Shown in pieces: positions 52,801 to 64,000 of a stretch of DNA of 64,000 nt (its first letter is position 1; each line of letters begins with the position of its first letter). Position numbers and translations under genes: made by a program. Origin of the DNA: Cycas panzhihuaensis. Its lineage: Eukaryota > Plantae > Cycadophyta. The notes beneath the pieces are model-generated. The model had not been told where the DNA came from and did no database searches. It worked only from the letters and a program-made list of their open reading frames with translations. The stretch spans positions 137,957,741-138,021,740 of the forward strand of contig CM041465.1 of NCBI GenBank assembly GCA_023213395.1, given 5' to 3'.

Positions 52801-54497
52801 ATGACCAAATTCATATAAAATGGCTCGATTGAAATATAAAACTAGATTAGTGGCTAAAGGCTTCAAGTAGAAAGGAGGAGTTGATGATCAGGAGACGTTT
52901 GCTCTAGTAGTAAAAATGATGACTATAAGGATCATACTTGCTTTCAATTCCTAATTTAAATGGAAATTACGCTAGTTTGATATGAACAGTATTCTCCTTA
53001 ATGGAGATTTGAAAGAAGAGGTCTATATGGAGTAGCCACTTGGATATGCAGAGGAGGGTAAGGGATATTTGGTATGTCCCCTCTAAAAAAGGCTTTGTAT
53101 GGCTTAAAGTAGCTTATTAAAGCCTGGTATTTTTAAAATTGATGATTGTTTTCATAAGAATGGATTTAAAAATTCGTTAGTTGATTCAAACTTGTATATA
53201 AAGGTTCATGATGGAAGATTTGTGACCTCCATGCTCTTGTATGCTGGTGATTTAGTCATAACAAGCAATGATACCTCAATTGTAAAAGACTTAAAAGAAG
53301 ATTTGAAGAACACTTTTAAAATGATTGATCCTCGACTACTCCATTATTTCCTCAAATTAGAAGTTTGGTAAAGACCTAGTAGGATATCCATTTTACATAC
53401 TAAATACACATGGAAAATTTTGGAAAAATTCAGAATGGAGGACTACAAGCCTTCGTTGATCCCAATGGAAGCATGGACAAAGTTATTAGCTTAAGATGAA
53501 GGGAAGGTGTATATGGCAATTTGTATGCATAAAAAGTTAAAAGTTACATTTATTTGATTACAACTAAACCTAATATTATTTATGCAATAGGCATGGGATC
53601 CAAGTTCATGATAGAACTAAAGCAAAGCCATTAGAAAATTAGAAGGAGGATTTTGAGATACTTGTAGGAAACACTATAGTATGGACTTGAGTTTACCCAC
53701 AACAATAATTTTGTCTTGGAGGGTCTTTTTTATTTAGATTAGGTTAGATGCATTGACAGTAGAAGGTTCATTTTTAGATACTATTTTAGTTTTAGATTAG
53801 TTATTGTAACTTGGAGCAACAAAAAACAACCCAATGATGTCATTTCTTTTACTAAAGCACAGCATAATGCTGTAGTTGTAGCATGCGAAGCCATCTAGTT
53901 AAAATTGTTTCTTGGTGATTTAGGTTTTTATTAGAAAGGCATTACAAAGTTGGACCATTATAATTCAAGTACATTGAAGATAGCCAAGAATCTAGTGTTT
54001 TATGCATGAAACATATTGAGGTGCATTATCATTTTATTAGAGAGAAGACTCAAAATGGGGAGATTGAGTTGATTTACAAGCCTATTAATGAAAAGTTGGC
54101 ACACATCTTCACCAAATTATTGGCACAAGACAAACTTGAGAAGTTTAGAGATGGTATTAGTGTTAAAGCCAATGAAATAAATATTAAGGGGAGTGCTAGA
54201 ATTAATGTTCGCTTGGGTCATAATTTAATGTTATGAGTCCTAGTGGTTAAGCGAGTCCTTGATGGGTTAGTTTGAACCATGTGTTATTGAGAGTTACCAA
54301 AGTCTTTAGTGGGCGCATGACACGAGTTAGGATAATTACCACTCTAATGGATAGTTATTCGGCCAACACTTGTATTTATATCTATATCATACTTTGTATC
54401 ACACAATTCAATATTAATGGAAAATATTTGAAGATAGACTAATTTTACTACAAAATCTTTGTTTGTTGTTCTATTATTAACTCATTTTTTTCTTACA
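49860..54497 (+). mobile_element. Ty1/copia element, 5'-truncated and decayed
   Basis: Zinc knuckle CYYCDRPRH; protease YIDSSVAIHM; integrase ILRSNNSGEYTS; RT LVAKGF and LNGDLKEEVYME; RNase H KHIEVHYHFIRE. PPT AAGGGGAG at 54186-54193; LTR from TG at 54194 to about 54497. Confidence 0.9.
50908..51689 (+). mobile_element. TRIM (terminal-repeat retrotransposon in miniature), complete
   Basis: LTRs 50908-51241 and 51375-51689 (TG...CA). 133-bp internal region with PBS TGGTATCAG (51242) and PPT AAAGGGGA. Degenerate TSD TTGAC/TGAAC (ancestral TGGAC) within the integrase DICGP codons. Confidence 0.93.
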
Positions 54498-55309
54498 TAG
54501 ATAATACTTGGTGGGAGTGAGAGTAGACAAACTCAATATTATAGGTTGTAGCTTATCTTCAAGGTAAATTTTGATGTAAAAAATTAAATACTATAATCTA
54601 AAGCATAGTATCCTAACACTAGTTTGACAAAATGACAAAATACAGTTGCCAATTTAAAAATCAAATTAGTAATTAGATTAAACTTACGACTAAAAGGAGG
54701 TTATTGATAAATTACAACTAATTGTTAGGAAGGGTTTAATGAACTAGGTTTAGGTTAATGAGACATGGAAGTTTGGCTGAATGCTTGAATGTTATATAAT
54801 GTTTGAATGCTCACATGTTATGAAAAAAGGAAGAAAGAATAAAATTTTAAGTCAAAGAATATTTCTAATAAAAAAATTTCACTAAGATATTTTAAAACAT
54901 AAATTTTATAATATTTATACGAAAATATTTTTCATTATTATATTTTAGACTAGGTTGGGTGTTGGGGCGCATCACTTAGTACTACATTTTGATGTAAAAA
55001 ATGTTCCAAATTGGACTTCTAGGGGACTTATAGGGGTGAATGGGATGAAAGGGTGACAAATTCCAACAAACCAGAAATTGATTCTCTCTTCAAGACTCAA
55101 CATCTTTAAAGAAAAAAAGAAAAATAGATTTAATATTTAATTTATAACTTCACAAGAAATATAAATATAAGCATACTAGGCAAAATCAAGTTGATCTATG
55201 TTAGTGATTGGTGTGCATTTTTGCATATCAATTTGGCGAGGGTCCTTTGAGTGTTGGGTGTTTTTGTTTTCGTGCGAAGATAAATGGGCATGATAGGGAT
55301 CAACCCCTA

Positions 55310-55902
55310 TGCGTACCATAGTGAATTGAATTTACTATTAACTTTGTATTTCTTTTCTTGTGTTCGTTGCATGAGAACGAATACAAGGTAGAATGGGATG
55401 AAGCAGGGTCTGAGGTGAGTTAGATATGAATGCAAGGAGAGGTATGCGCTCTGGAGTGCAAACGTGGAAACGTGGAAAGAAATGCAAACGGAGGCCACCT
55501 GCGCTTGGGTTTCTGAATACTAACGATTGCAACGGATGCAGGGAAAGCAATTAGGTCAAAATCTGAGTAGAGGCCAAGGATTTTAAGGATGAGGGACCTA
55601 GAGGAGCGTTGAGTTTGTAAGGAAAAAAAAGATAAAAAAGACTGGAAGAAAATTGGATGATTTATCTCCGTAATCGATCTGGAAAGAATTGGCTCGATAC
55701 CAATTGTAGGGTCCCGCCACTCCAAAGATACAACGGGGACCATGTTCTAGAAAAATTGGCTCCAAATGGAGATGCACGAGGGCAGAATAATACAAAGAAC
55801 AAATATTTGATGCCCATTCCCTAAGGCTGCAACCCTTATAAGTAGACACCCGCTAACACCCACATGGTGTGGTTGGCTTCCTAGCCATCTTGGGCCACTA
55901 CA
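55310..55902 (-). mobile_element. Short-LTR element remnant: 198-bp LTR, Met PBS and leader
   Basis: LTR 55705-55902 with termini TGTAGGGTCCC...GGGCCACTACA; minus-strand PBS TGGTATCGAGCC at 55691-55702; no second LTR seen. Confidence 0.7.
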
Positions 55903-56030
55903 GGGTTAGTAAAATCAGTGAGGTCAGTGATCAGGGGTCAATGGAATCGACATGAGGTTAGGGATTTGAGTTAGGACATGTGCCCAAGATGGATTTTCAA
56001 ACCAACACGGAGATGAAATTATGTTCATAC

Positions 56031-56662
56031 CTTTCAAGGTTGTGCCATTGAATTTGCAACCTTCCAAATTCGTGGGAACAACTTGAGAACTATTCATTAA
56101 AAAGTTTGTAATCCTCTTATTCGATGATGTGGTATTATCGAAGATTGCTTTTTCAGGCTAAGCAGGTGTTGTCCATGCTGCATCAATTTGGCTAAGAAAG
56201 AATAAACTATTTGGGGCTTTGCCTGCCCGCAATAGTAGTTCAGGTTGATGAGACGGAACATTAGAGCAATCAAAAGTTGATCTAACCCAGTAACCTCTTG
56301 CAACATGGAGCCCTTTCCTGGTTAGCTTCATCCTGCAGATGATTTGTTTGAGACTTTCACACAAAGAAGCCTCATTCTAACAAGAATTTTTGAGAGTTAC
56401 TTCCATTAGACTGGAGTTCTTGGAAGTGTCATTGGGGTTACAGTCATTGAAACCAAAAAAGTCATTTGCTTCAAGAACAAAAATGATGACAGTGAGTGGT
56501 TAAGAGCTATAGATGTTCGCCATATGCTGTGTTTTAGTGATAACATCTACAAATAACATTACTTCCCAAACTGATCGCCCAGCTTGAAGTATCATCTGAC
56601 CCAATTGGTGCTTGCTTAATGGGGCATAGAAACGATGGGAAAATACCATAACAAGGACCAGA
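56031..56662 (-). pseudogene. Possible decayed exon of an unidentified host gene
   Basis: Bounded by TGCAG| and AG|GTATGA. One frame of about 210 codons has only 3 stops (TAA, TAG, TAG). No TE motifs. Confidence 0.4.
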
Positions 56663-57984
56663 CTGCACCATTAGGACATACAAAGGCATAGTCAGCAAGG
56701 TGTGTGTGTTATCTGGAATTTTTATTGTTAAGTGATTGCTACCATTAGATTTCTAATTTAGCAGATTCAGGACATACTTTGTTTTTGTCTTTGAACAACA
56801 TAGTGCTTAGAGATAAATAGAGGCCGCATGGGAAGAATGCATTCTTGCACAACACTTCTTTTCATAGATCAATAGGGATTTACTCGTAGAAGGGCAGAAT
56901 TTTCATCCTGCCTAATTATGAATTTGGAATGGGGATTGCCATTCACACCCTATTGGCGGTCACAAAGGATTTGGGAAAAACATGTTTGAACATAAGAATT
57001 CATTTTTATCATGCCAGTTTTTGTATGAGGATAAAAAACAGTAAGTTAAGAAATTTGTCAAACGAATGTTCCCTATCCTGAGCCAACAAGTTATTGAATG
57101 TTTCTGTTTGTGGATTTGACTTTAGATTAGATTAAATGAGTCCTATAGGTGGCCCGACAAACTCCAGCTAGTGGTTAGATGAGAAATATGCAATTGCTGA
57201 TTGAATCACTAAGCGCACAAACTTCCTGGCCAAGTGGACCATACAAAGCCTCTCTTGTGACATAATGCTTTTTTACTTATGGGAACATAAGTGTCTTAAG
57301 GGTTCCACCTATCACCCTCAGATTCATGTGCAAACATGTATACGATAGAAGACTTGGAAGAGTGTGTTCAACACTTGCTTGTAAAATGACTAGTTTTATA
57401 GTGTTCTTACATAAATTTGTAAGAATATCTCTAGTTGCATCGATTTGAGGCCTTGTTTGGATTTGGGGCTTATATGAACATTTCTTGGCAGAAGTGTAAT
57501 ACGATTTACTCACAAGAGAATGCACTGATGACATGGTGAAAGAGTCAACGCAGAGTTGGTGCCAAGACTTGGGAGGCCTCTCTTGACCTTCACTTTGATG
57601 ACCAATTCCATTCATATTGTGATGATTTAATGTGCAAATAAAATAACTATGATGTGGTTAGGTGGCTATTGCACCCAACATGATTATAGAAGAGACTTTA
57701 AGTTGCAGTTGCAAACTCTTGCAATTTATCTTGTTCTTTGGATTTTTTCAAGATCAGTTGTTCCTCTGACAAATATGACCCTTATTTGGGTTGATTTGCT
57801 AGCTTAGCCCTGGAGTAGACTCAGATGTGGATTCTTCTGTTCCACCTGCTTGTATAAATATTGTTGTGTATGAGATTTGTGGTATAAATATTAATGCTTT
57901 AATAATGACATTGATTTAAAAAAAGAAAAAAGCTATGGAAATTAGATGTCCTAACTGCGATGTTGTTGTGTGCAACAGTACCAC

Positions 57985-58197
57985 ATATATCCTCTTTATC
58001 TGTTTCAGTTGTAAAAGTTAGATTAAACTCAATAGTTGTAAGATGGCTTGGATTCAGAACAAGGCAATCTGTGAAGACTTGAAGTTGTAGCATATATATC
58101 CTTTTTATCTACTTCAGCTGTAAAAGTTAGACTAAATAGTGCAGTAACAAGGTCGTTTGGATTCAAACCAAGGCAATCTGTTAATACTTAATTGTGC
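57985..58197. repeat. Diverged tandem duplication, unit about 108 bp
   Basis: ATATATCCT...GTAAAAGTTAGA...TTGGATTCA...CAAGGCAATCTGT occurs twice. Confidence 0.8.
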
Positions 58198-58988
58198 AAA
58201 AAGACTCTCTGAGAGTAATGTGGCCATTCATTTTGTAGTTAGCACGACTGTCAGAAGTGTAGCAAGAGTCTTGCTTATTCAGTATTGATTTGAAAATTTG
58301 GCATAGCAAAGAGTAAAGCTGCTGTTGCATTGAAATAAATAAATAAGACTTAGAAAAGAGATGTTCCACCTTCAGTTTCCAGAGGCAAAATTGTGTTGTT
58401 AATACTTGTTGGTGATGTTGTATATTTATACATAGACTTTCTATTAGCATTCAAAATGTTTTAAGGTGCATTTGTATGTTGTGAAGTATTGGGATTTCCT
58501 ATTGCAAATGTTCACACTGAGCAATTGTGTTTTCAGGCATTCTTGAAAATGAAACCCTAAAAGATTTTGAGTGCAACAGATTATTTTCATGAGGAAATGT
58601 TTTGCTAAAGCGGGGATTGAAATATACTATTTGACATTTCCATGGAAGATTTGGCCCAAAACTTATTTGCAGTGGCAAGTAGGGTATACAGAGCTGTGTA
58701 GTATTAATTCACAGTTGCACACGTTACATGATACTTCAAAATCATCACACAATATTTTGTGAGGGGCAGCTTTTAAATACTGTGTTTTAATTCAAAATCT
58801 GATCTGTTTACATAGAAAATTTAAAATATGACAGGTTATAAAGAAAATTCGGAAATATATAGACCTACAAAATAAAATAACAATTCTCTACATAGAAATA
58901 GAAATATAAATGGAAGTATATTAATGTTCTCAAATGATCGAAACAGTCAATGGTACTGGAGAAAAGATGTCCTGCATACAATACATGG

Positions 58989-59213
58989 ATAGGGAGTGTA
59001 CAGAACTTCTCCAATCTAAACCCATCTAAGACCATCTAATGATGCACATATGAGCAATAACAATAACAATATATTGGCTAAATAAAGTAATACACGAATT
59101 CCATTAATAGGAGTGTGTAGAGCATCTCCAAAGTGTAAGCCCTGCCTAAGACTACCCAGTGATGTATGTATGAGCAATAACAATAACAATGTCTTGGCCA
59201 AATAAAGCAATAG
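58989..59213. repeat. Diverged tandem duplication, unit about 120 bp
   Basis: TATGAGCAATAACAATAACAAT...TTGGC.AAATAAAG occurs twice at a 120-bp period. Confidence 0.85.
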
Positions 59214-60080
59214 ATTACTTTGAATGCCGTAATCTCTACATGAGAGATCCTAGAGTTTGATAAGGTTGATACAAGAGGTGTCTCTCATCCTCTATCATGA
59301 TCTGGAAACCCTAATGATCTCGTCTTCTCCATCAACTCCTCTGAAGTTCTGTATCACCCATTGTATAAAGTCATTGAGTGAGCTGTCGATGAATTGCTAT
59401 TACAGTACCTTGAGGGGTGATTCCCTTTGATGCCAAGATGTGTTTTTCCCAACATGGAAGGCCAAAGTCTACAAAGGTTTTAATTAAGGACTAGTAAAAG
59501 TTTGCAAAATGTGCGAGAGGAGACCTAGCAGAGGAGCCTTGATATGAACCTTTGGACTCTTTACACCTTGGTCTGGTAGTCGTTGTCCCTTTATGTGGTG
59601 GCCTGCTATAAATTGCAAATGTGTGAGGTGGATTAGAGATTTGAGTATGTGAACAATGTTTGATATGCTGTTGATTGTCTTGAGAGATCAAGGGCATTTT
59701 GTCTGATGCAATAGTCATTGAGCCAAAAATGATGTAATAATTAACTGCATACTAGAGGGGTTGCAGTTATTCAAGAGTCATTTTCTCTGAAAACTGCTTT
59801 TGGAGAAAAAGAGCAACACACCTATGCCTTGTGTAAGAAGTCGAAGTTGGTGAGGATCCTATGGAGACTCTAAACAGGTAGTAAAATTTGTCCCTAATCT
59901 CATAGTGTACTGGGCATCAAAAAATAAAATGATCTTCAGTCATTGGTTCCGATAAATAAAGCATGTGAATCCTCTCATTTCAAAGAATAAAATGCTGGGC
60001 TTCTACCCTAAATTGGTGAGAGGACACTTCGGACTACCCCATGGGAACTACTAAACCATTCTACATATAGAGGCATATAC

Positions 60081-60697
60081 CATGTGTTAAAAGCTCGCGA
60101 TGTCCTCTCCACTACTAGGGCGCTCTTTTGGTGTGTGAAAAGCGTGTTGGTATCGTGAGCCGTCAGAGGAACGAATCCTCGAGGTCTTTCTACCAACCGT
60201 GTCCGGTGCTCAAGTCCCATGTGGTCAAGGAGCCGAGTCCGCGTTGTGGGGACGCCACCGCTGACGGGGCATGTTAAAAGCTCGCGATGTCCTCCACTAC
60301 TAGGGCGCTCTTTTGGTGTGACGCAAACGGCCCTCCCGCCTGTGGGACAAATTCCCCTTGCAGATGGTCGGCGTTCCCATGGTTGGTCCGTCTGGGTGAG
60401 TCGTGGAGCGTCTCCACAACGGGGCGTGTTAAAGGTTTGTGGAGCCCTCTCCACTAACAGGCCGGTCTTTTGGTGTGATGGTAAACCGTTTCGCCCCGAC
60501 CTCACCCGTCCGGGTTCGACTCCCCTCGAGGTCCTTCGGCCGAACTGTGTGTCCGATCCCTCTATATTCCCCCGTGGTCAAGTGCGGCGAGTCCACAGCG
60601 TTGGTGGAGCGTTCCCTGCGACGGGGCGTGTTGAAGGTCTCGCCGAGCCCGCTCCCCCGAGGTTCACCCGGGTCCCTTTTGGGGTGATGGTAAATAA
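60081..60697 (+). repeat. GC-rich tandem array of tRNA-like/SINE-like units (4 cores, period 150-200 bp)
   Basis: Recurring TGTT(A/G)AA...CTTTTGG(T/G)GTG core. The best unit has an A box TGGTGTGATGG at 60471 and a B box GGTTCGACTCC at 60513-60523. Confidence 0.7.
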
Positions 60698-61274
60698 TGT
60701 TGACAATGGGCATTAGGCCACATTGATCCCAAGATCATAAATATAATCACAATACAATAAATGCATGAAAGCATGAGAGCATAAAAGCATAAACTGAAAT
60801 ATAGGAGCAAGAGAAAATGATACCCAATATGTGGAGTTGGAATTGGTCCAACCTCCCAAGAAGAAAACAATTTTGATTAGCAAACCGATAGCATAACAAT
60901 ACAACTCCAAGTCTCCATATGAGACAATGAGAAGAGGTCTCATTATATAGAGTGAAATGAGAGACCTAAGGCCTTGGATGTTTGACAAGTGTCAAACATC
61001 CAAGATACATCACATGGATCATGAGCAAAAGTGCTTGGATCCTCACCTAAGGCCTTGGATGTTTGACAAGTGTCAAACATCCAAGATACATCACTTGGAA
61101 TATTCAAACAAGTGCATGAGGGTCCATTGACCCTTTTGTGACAACGTTGTGTCACTAGAAAGAATGTGGTGTGCACTTTATCACTTAAGTGATAAGTCAC
61201 CCTAAAGTATAAAGTGCATATATTACATGAAAATAAATGTACATTCACTTAACATTTAAACATAAGGTTTAACA
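60698..61274 (-). repeat. 3' LTR of the copia element (577 bp)
   Basis: TGTTGA...TTAACA termini; abuts the PPT; left flank AATAA is the candidate TSD. Confidence 0.85.
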
Positions 61275-64000
61275 CCCCCTCATCGCTTACAATGTTAAGT
61301 CGGACACCAAGACCATCTCTAAATTTTACAATTTGTCTCTACCAAGTGGCTTGGTAAAGATATCCGTCTGTTGCTCATTGCTGGTCGATATTGAAGTGTG
61401 ATCTCACCACCGTGTACATGCTCCCGATGAAATGGTGGTGAACTTCAATATGCTTGGTCCGTGCATGGAAAGCAGGATTCTTAGTTAGCTTGAGGACACT
61501 TTGATTGTCACAATGAAGGTCGGTCACCGGCACTGAAACCCAAGCTCACCAAGAACTGGTCGAAGCCGATAGCCTCACAAGTCGCTACCGACCGCAGCTT
61601 TGTATTCGCCTGGAGGACAAGGTAACATTTGGTTGCTTCTTGCAACTCCATGAAACATTCCGATCCAAGGGTAAAACAAGAACCCGAGGTAGATCTCCGC
61701 TATCCCGGCATCCTCGCCTAATCGTAATCGAGAACCCTCCAAAGTGAAGTTCTCCTTATGTACATACTCAAGTCCAAGTCGATGTTCCTTTGATATACTT
61801 GAGTATGCGTCTTCTTGCATTCGGTGTATCCGATTGGGTTGAGACATGTAACGAGAGCAAATCCCAACAAAGAATGAAATATCCTACGAGTGTTGGTGAG
61901 ATAAATGAGACTCCTAATCAACTGGGTAAAGTGTGGGATCTGTGCGGCTTCCTCATTGAGAGAAAGCTTGGTGCCGTTCTCCATGGGTGTAGGCGCCCGT
62001 CTTGCGATCGTGCATCCCGAATCTCTGCAAGATGTCCCAAGAATATTTTGCTTGGGAAATGAAGATATAGCCCGCCGCCATACCTCAAAGCCTAGAAAGT
62101 AATGGAGAAGTCCAAGATCGGTCATCTCAAAACTTCTCTTCAAATCATTTTGGAGAACATTGATGAGCTTAGTGTCATCACCGTGATCACTAAGTCATCT
62201 ACATACAAGGCAATATAAGTGACATGGTGATGGTCATGTTTGATGTACAAGTTTGGATCGATGTGGATCGATGAAACCCATGTCTCAAAAAGTATTCATC
62301 GATTTTGCATACCATGCCCTAGGAGCTTGCTTCAAGCCATACTGAGCCTTCTTGAGGCGACATACCAAATGCTCCTTGCCTTGTTCCTTGTAACCGTGAG
62401 GTTGCTCCAAGTATACCTCCTCTTGAAGATCGCCATTGAGGAAGGCGCTCTTCACGTCCATTTGATATACTACCCATTTGCATTGTGCGGCTAGGGCCAA
62501 GAGAAGTCGATGGTGTTCATATTTGCTGGTGCAAAGGTCTCCTCGTAATCAATTCCTTCTTGTTGTTTAAATCCCTTTGCTACAAGTCTTGCTTTCTCGA
62601 CGCTTGAGTGTCCCATCGAATGGACTTTGGTCTTGTAGACCCATTTACAACCGATCTGCTTGTGTGGAGGCAATTGACTAAGTCCCAAGTACCATTCTTA
62701 TGAATGGATTGAATCTCCTCATCCATGGCACTTTCCAACTATCACTTTGTGAAGCTTCCGCAAAGGTAGTAGGCTCATCAATAGAAAGCACTTGACCATA
62801 AGTGCAAAGTTTGTTTGTCGCCGATACTTTGATGGACGCTTTCCTTCAATGATATGACCATCCATCTTGGTTTGAGTGTACCATTTAGGTAACTTCGAAT
62901 GATGTGGCTTGAACCTCAATATCTTCCGTCTAAGTGTAGGAGTATCGAAGATGAAGTGGAAGGTTCAAGTGGAGCAAATGAAGATGAAGTAGATGGTAAA
63001 GAAGGTGCAGATGAAGAACATGGTGTGTAAGATTGAGGGGAGCGGAAGTCCTCAACAATCTTTTTCCCTTTGTCAATGGGGGTTGGATTGGTGCCATATC
63101 CAACTCTTTTGATCATACTCAACAAAGATTACATCTCTTGAGAGATGTATTTTCCTCCCAACTGGATCATACAATTTGTAGGCTTTGCTATGGATTGAAT
63201 ATCCTACAAAGATGCATTTAAGACTATGTTTGTCTAACTTAGTTCTTTGTTGATCAGGTATGTGCATATAAGCAGACTCAATGTCCTTAAGTGGTGATAG
63301 TTGGCTTCTTTCCGGACCATGCCTCCTCGGGTGTGATATTGGCGATCATGTAGGACTTCGATTGGCCACATAGGTCGCTTGAAATGCTTGACCAAGAAGC
63401 TCTTGGAAGCCCTTTGCATGCATCATTGTTCGCTTTATTAGCCAATGTTCTATTCATCCTTCGGAGACTCCATTTCTTTGAGGAGTATGAGGAGTCGTGA
63501 GTTGTCTCCGAATTCCATTATCCTTGCAAAATTGGTTGAATTCATTTGAAGTGAATTCACCTCCATTATCTCGACCTTAATGTGCCAATTAAGTAGCGAT
63601 TCATTTTCTATACGCCTTGAACTCTTTGAACTTGGAGAAGGCTTCTGATTTATGCTTTAGGAAGTAGACCCAGACTTTGTGAGAGAAGTCATCAATAAAG
63701 GATATGTAGTACAAAGCTCCTCCAAAGGAGTGGATGGACATGGGTCCACACAAGTCTGAGTGAACTAATTGCAAAGGATAAGATGCACGCCATGCTTTGC
63801 CTTTAGGAAAAGGCAGTCGATGTTGTGTCCCCATTATGCAAGCTTCGCAAAGACATTTTGAGCCATACATCTTTGGAAGCCCATACACCATGCTTTTGTA
63901 TGTCATCTGCTTGATTGTCAGGCTTAAATGTCCTGACGTTGATGCCATAACTGAATTTGTGACAAAGATGTGAAACCAGAGTAAGCAGAATCAAGAGTAA
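60698..64000 (-). mobile_element. Ty1/copia element, 3' half (integrase, RT, RNase H, 3' LTR)
   Basis: LQLVHSDLCGPM...FIDDFSHKVWVYFLK; [23 protein letters not shown]; QMDVKSAFLNGDL; FEMTDLGLLHYFLG; TKHIEVHHHF. PPT at about 61275-61284. Confidence 0.95.

Noticed and set aside
56150-56180. WTTPA*PEK resembling the N-terminal motif of DME/ROS1 glycosylases
   Set aside because: Too short and degenerate to assign; no glycosylase domain nearby.
57581-57590. TAS3 tasiARF-like 10-mer TCTTGACCTT
   Set aside because: The match is too short and I found no convincing miR390 sites.
56120-57700. C/D snoRNA cluster (several TGATGA motifs)
   Set aside because: No consistent C/D box pairs with terminal stems or recognisable rRNA antisense elements.
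60464-60534. Functional tRNA gene
   Set aside because: No convincing anticodon stem-loop, weak T and acceptor stems, and degenerate tandem neighbours; treated as a tRNA-derived repeat.
60964-61094. CRISPR-like palindromic direct repeats with a spacer
   Set aside because: Only two units, inside a copia LTR, in a eukaryotic TE context with no cas genes.

Overview
Plant heterochromatic window made almost entirely of nested, mostly decayed retrotransposons; I find no intact host protein-coding gene. A gymnosperm-like host is an inference from Tat architecture, very old LTR pairs and pervasive CAG>TAG/CpG>TpG decay. From left to right: (1) a Tat-clade Ty3/gypsy element on the minus strand (1-9370) with a tRNA-Arg-type PBS; (2) an L1 LINE with RNase H (about 9430-15909) carrying a solo LTR; (3) AT-rich spacer; (4) an old minus-strand gypsy interrupted by a full-length relative in opposite orientation (20233-26634); (5) a second Tat element (27317-39551) that has lost RT, RNase H and the integrase core by an in-frame deletion; (6) further gypsy and copia fragments and a third Tat fragment; (7) a copia containing a complete TRIM; (8) a possible decayed host-gene remnant; (9) a tandem array of tRNA-like units; (10) a copia on the minus strand. 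The most interesting system is the 3' accessory cassette of the second Tat element: a free-standing prokaryote-type RNase HI gene with its own ATG (30893-30471) arranged head-to-head with an intron-containing antisense Plant Mobile Domain gene (32111-33900). Also notable are a TRIM whose internal region base-pairs back onto its own LTR around the PBS, and the tRNA-Gln-like tandem array. All domain calls come from motif recognition by eye, not from database searches.
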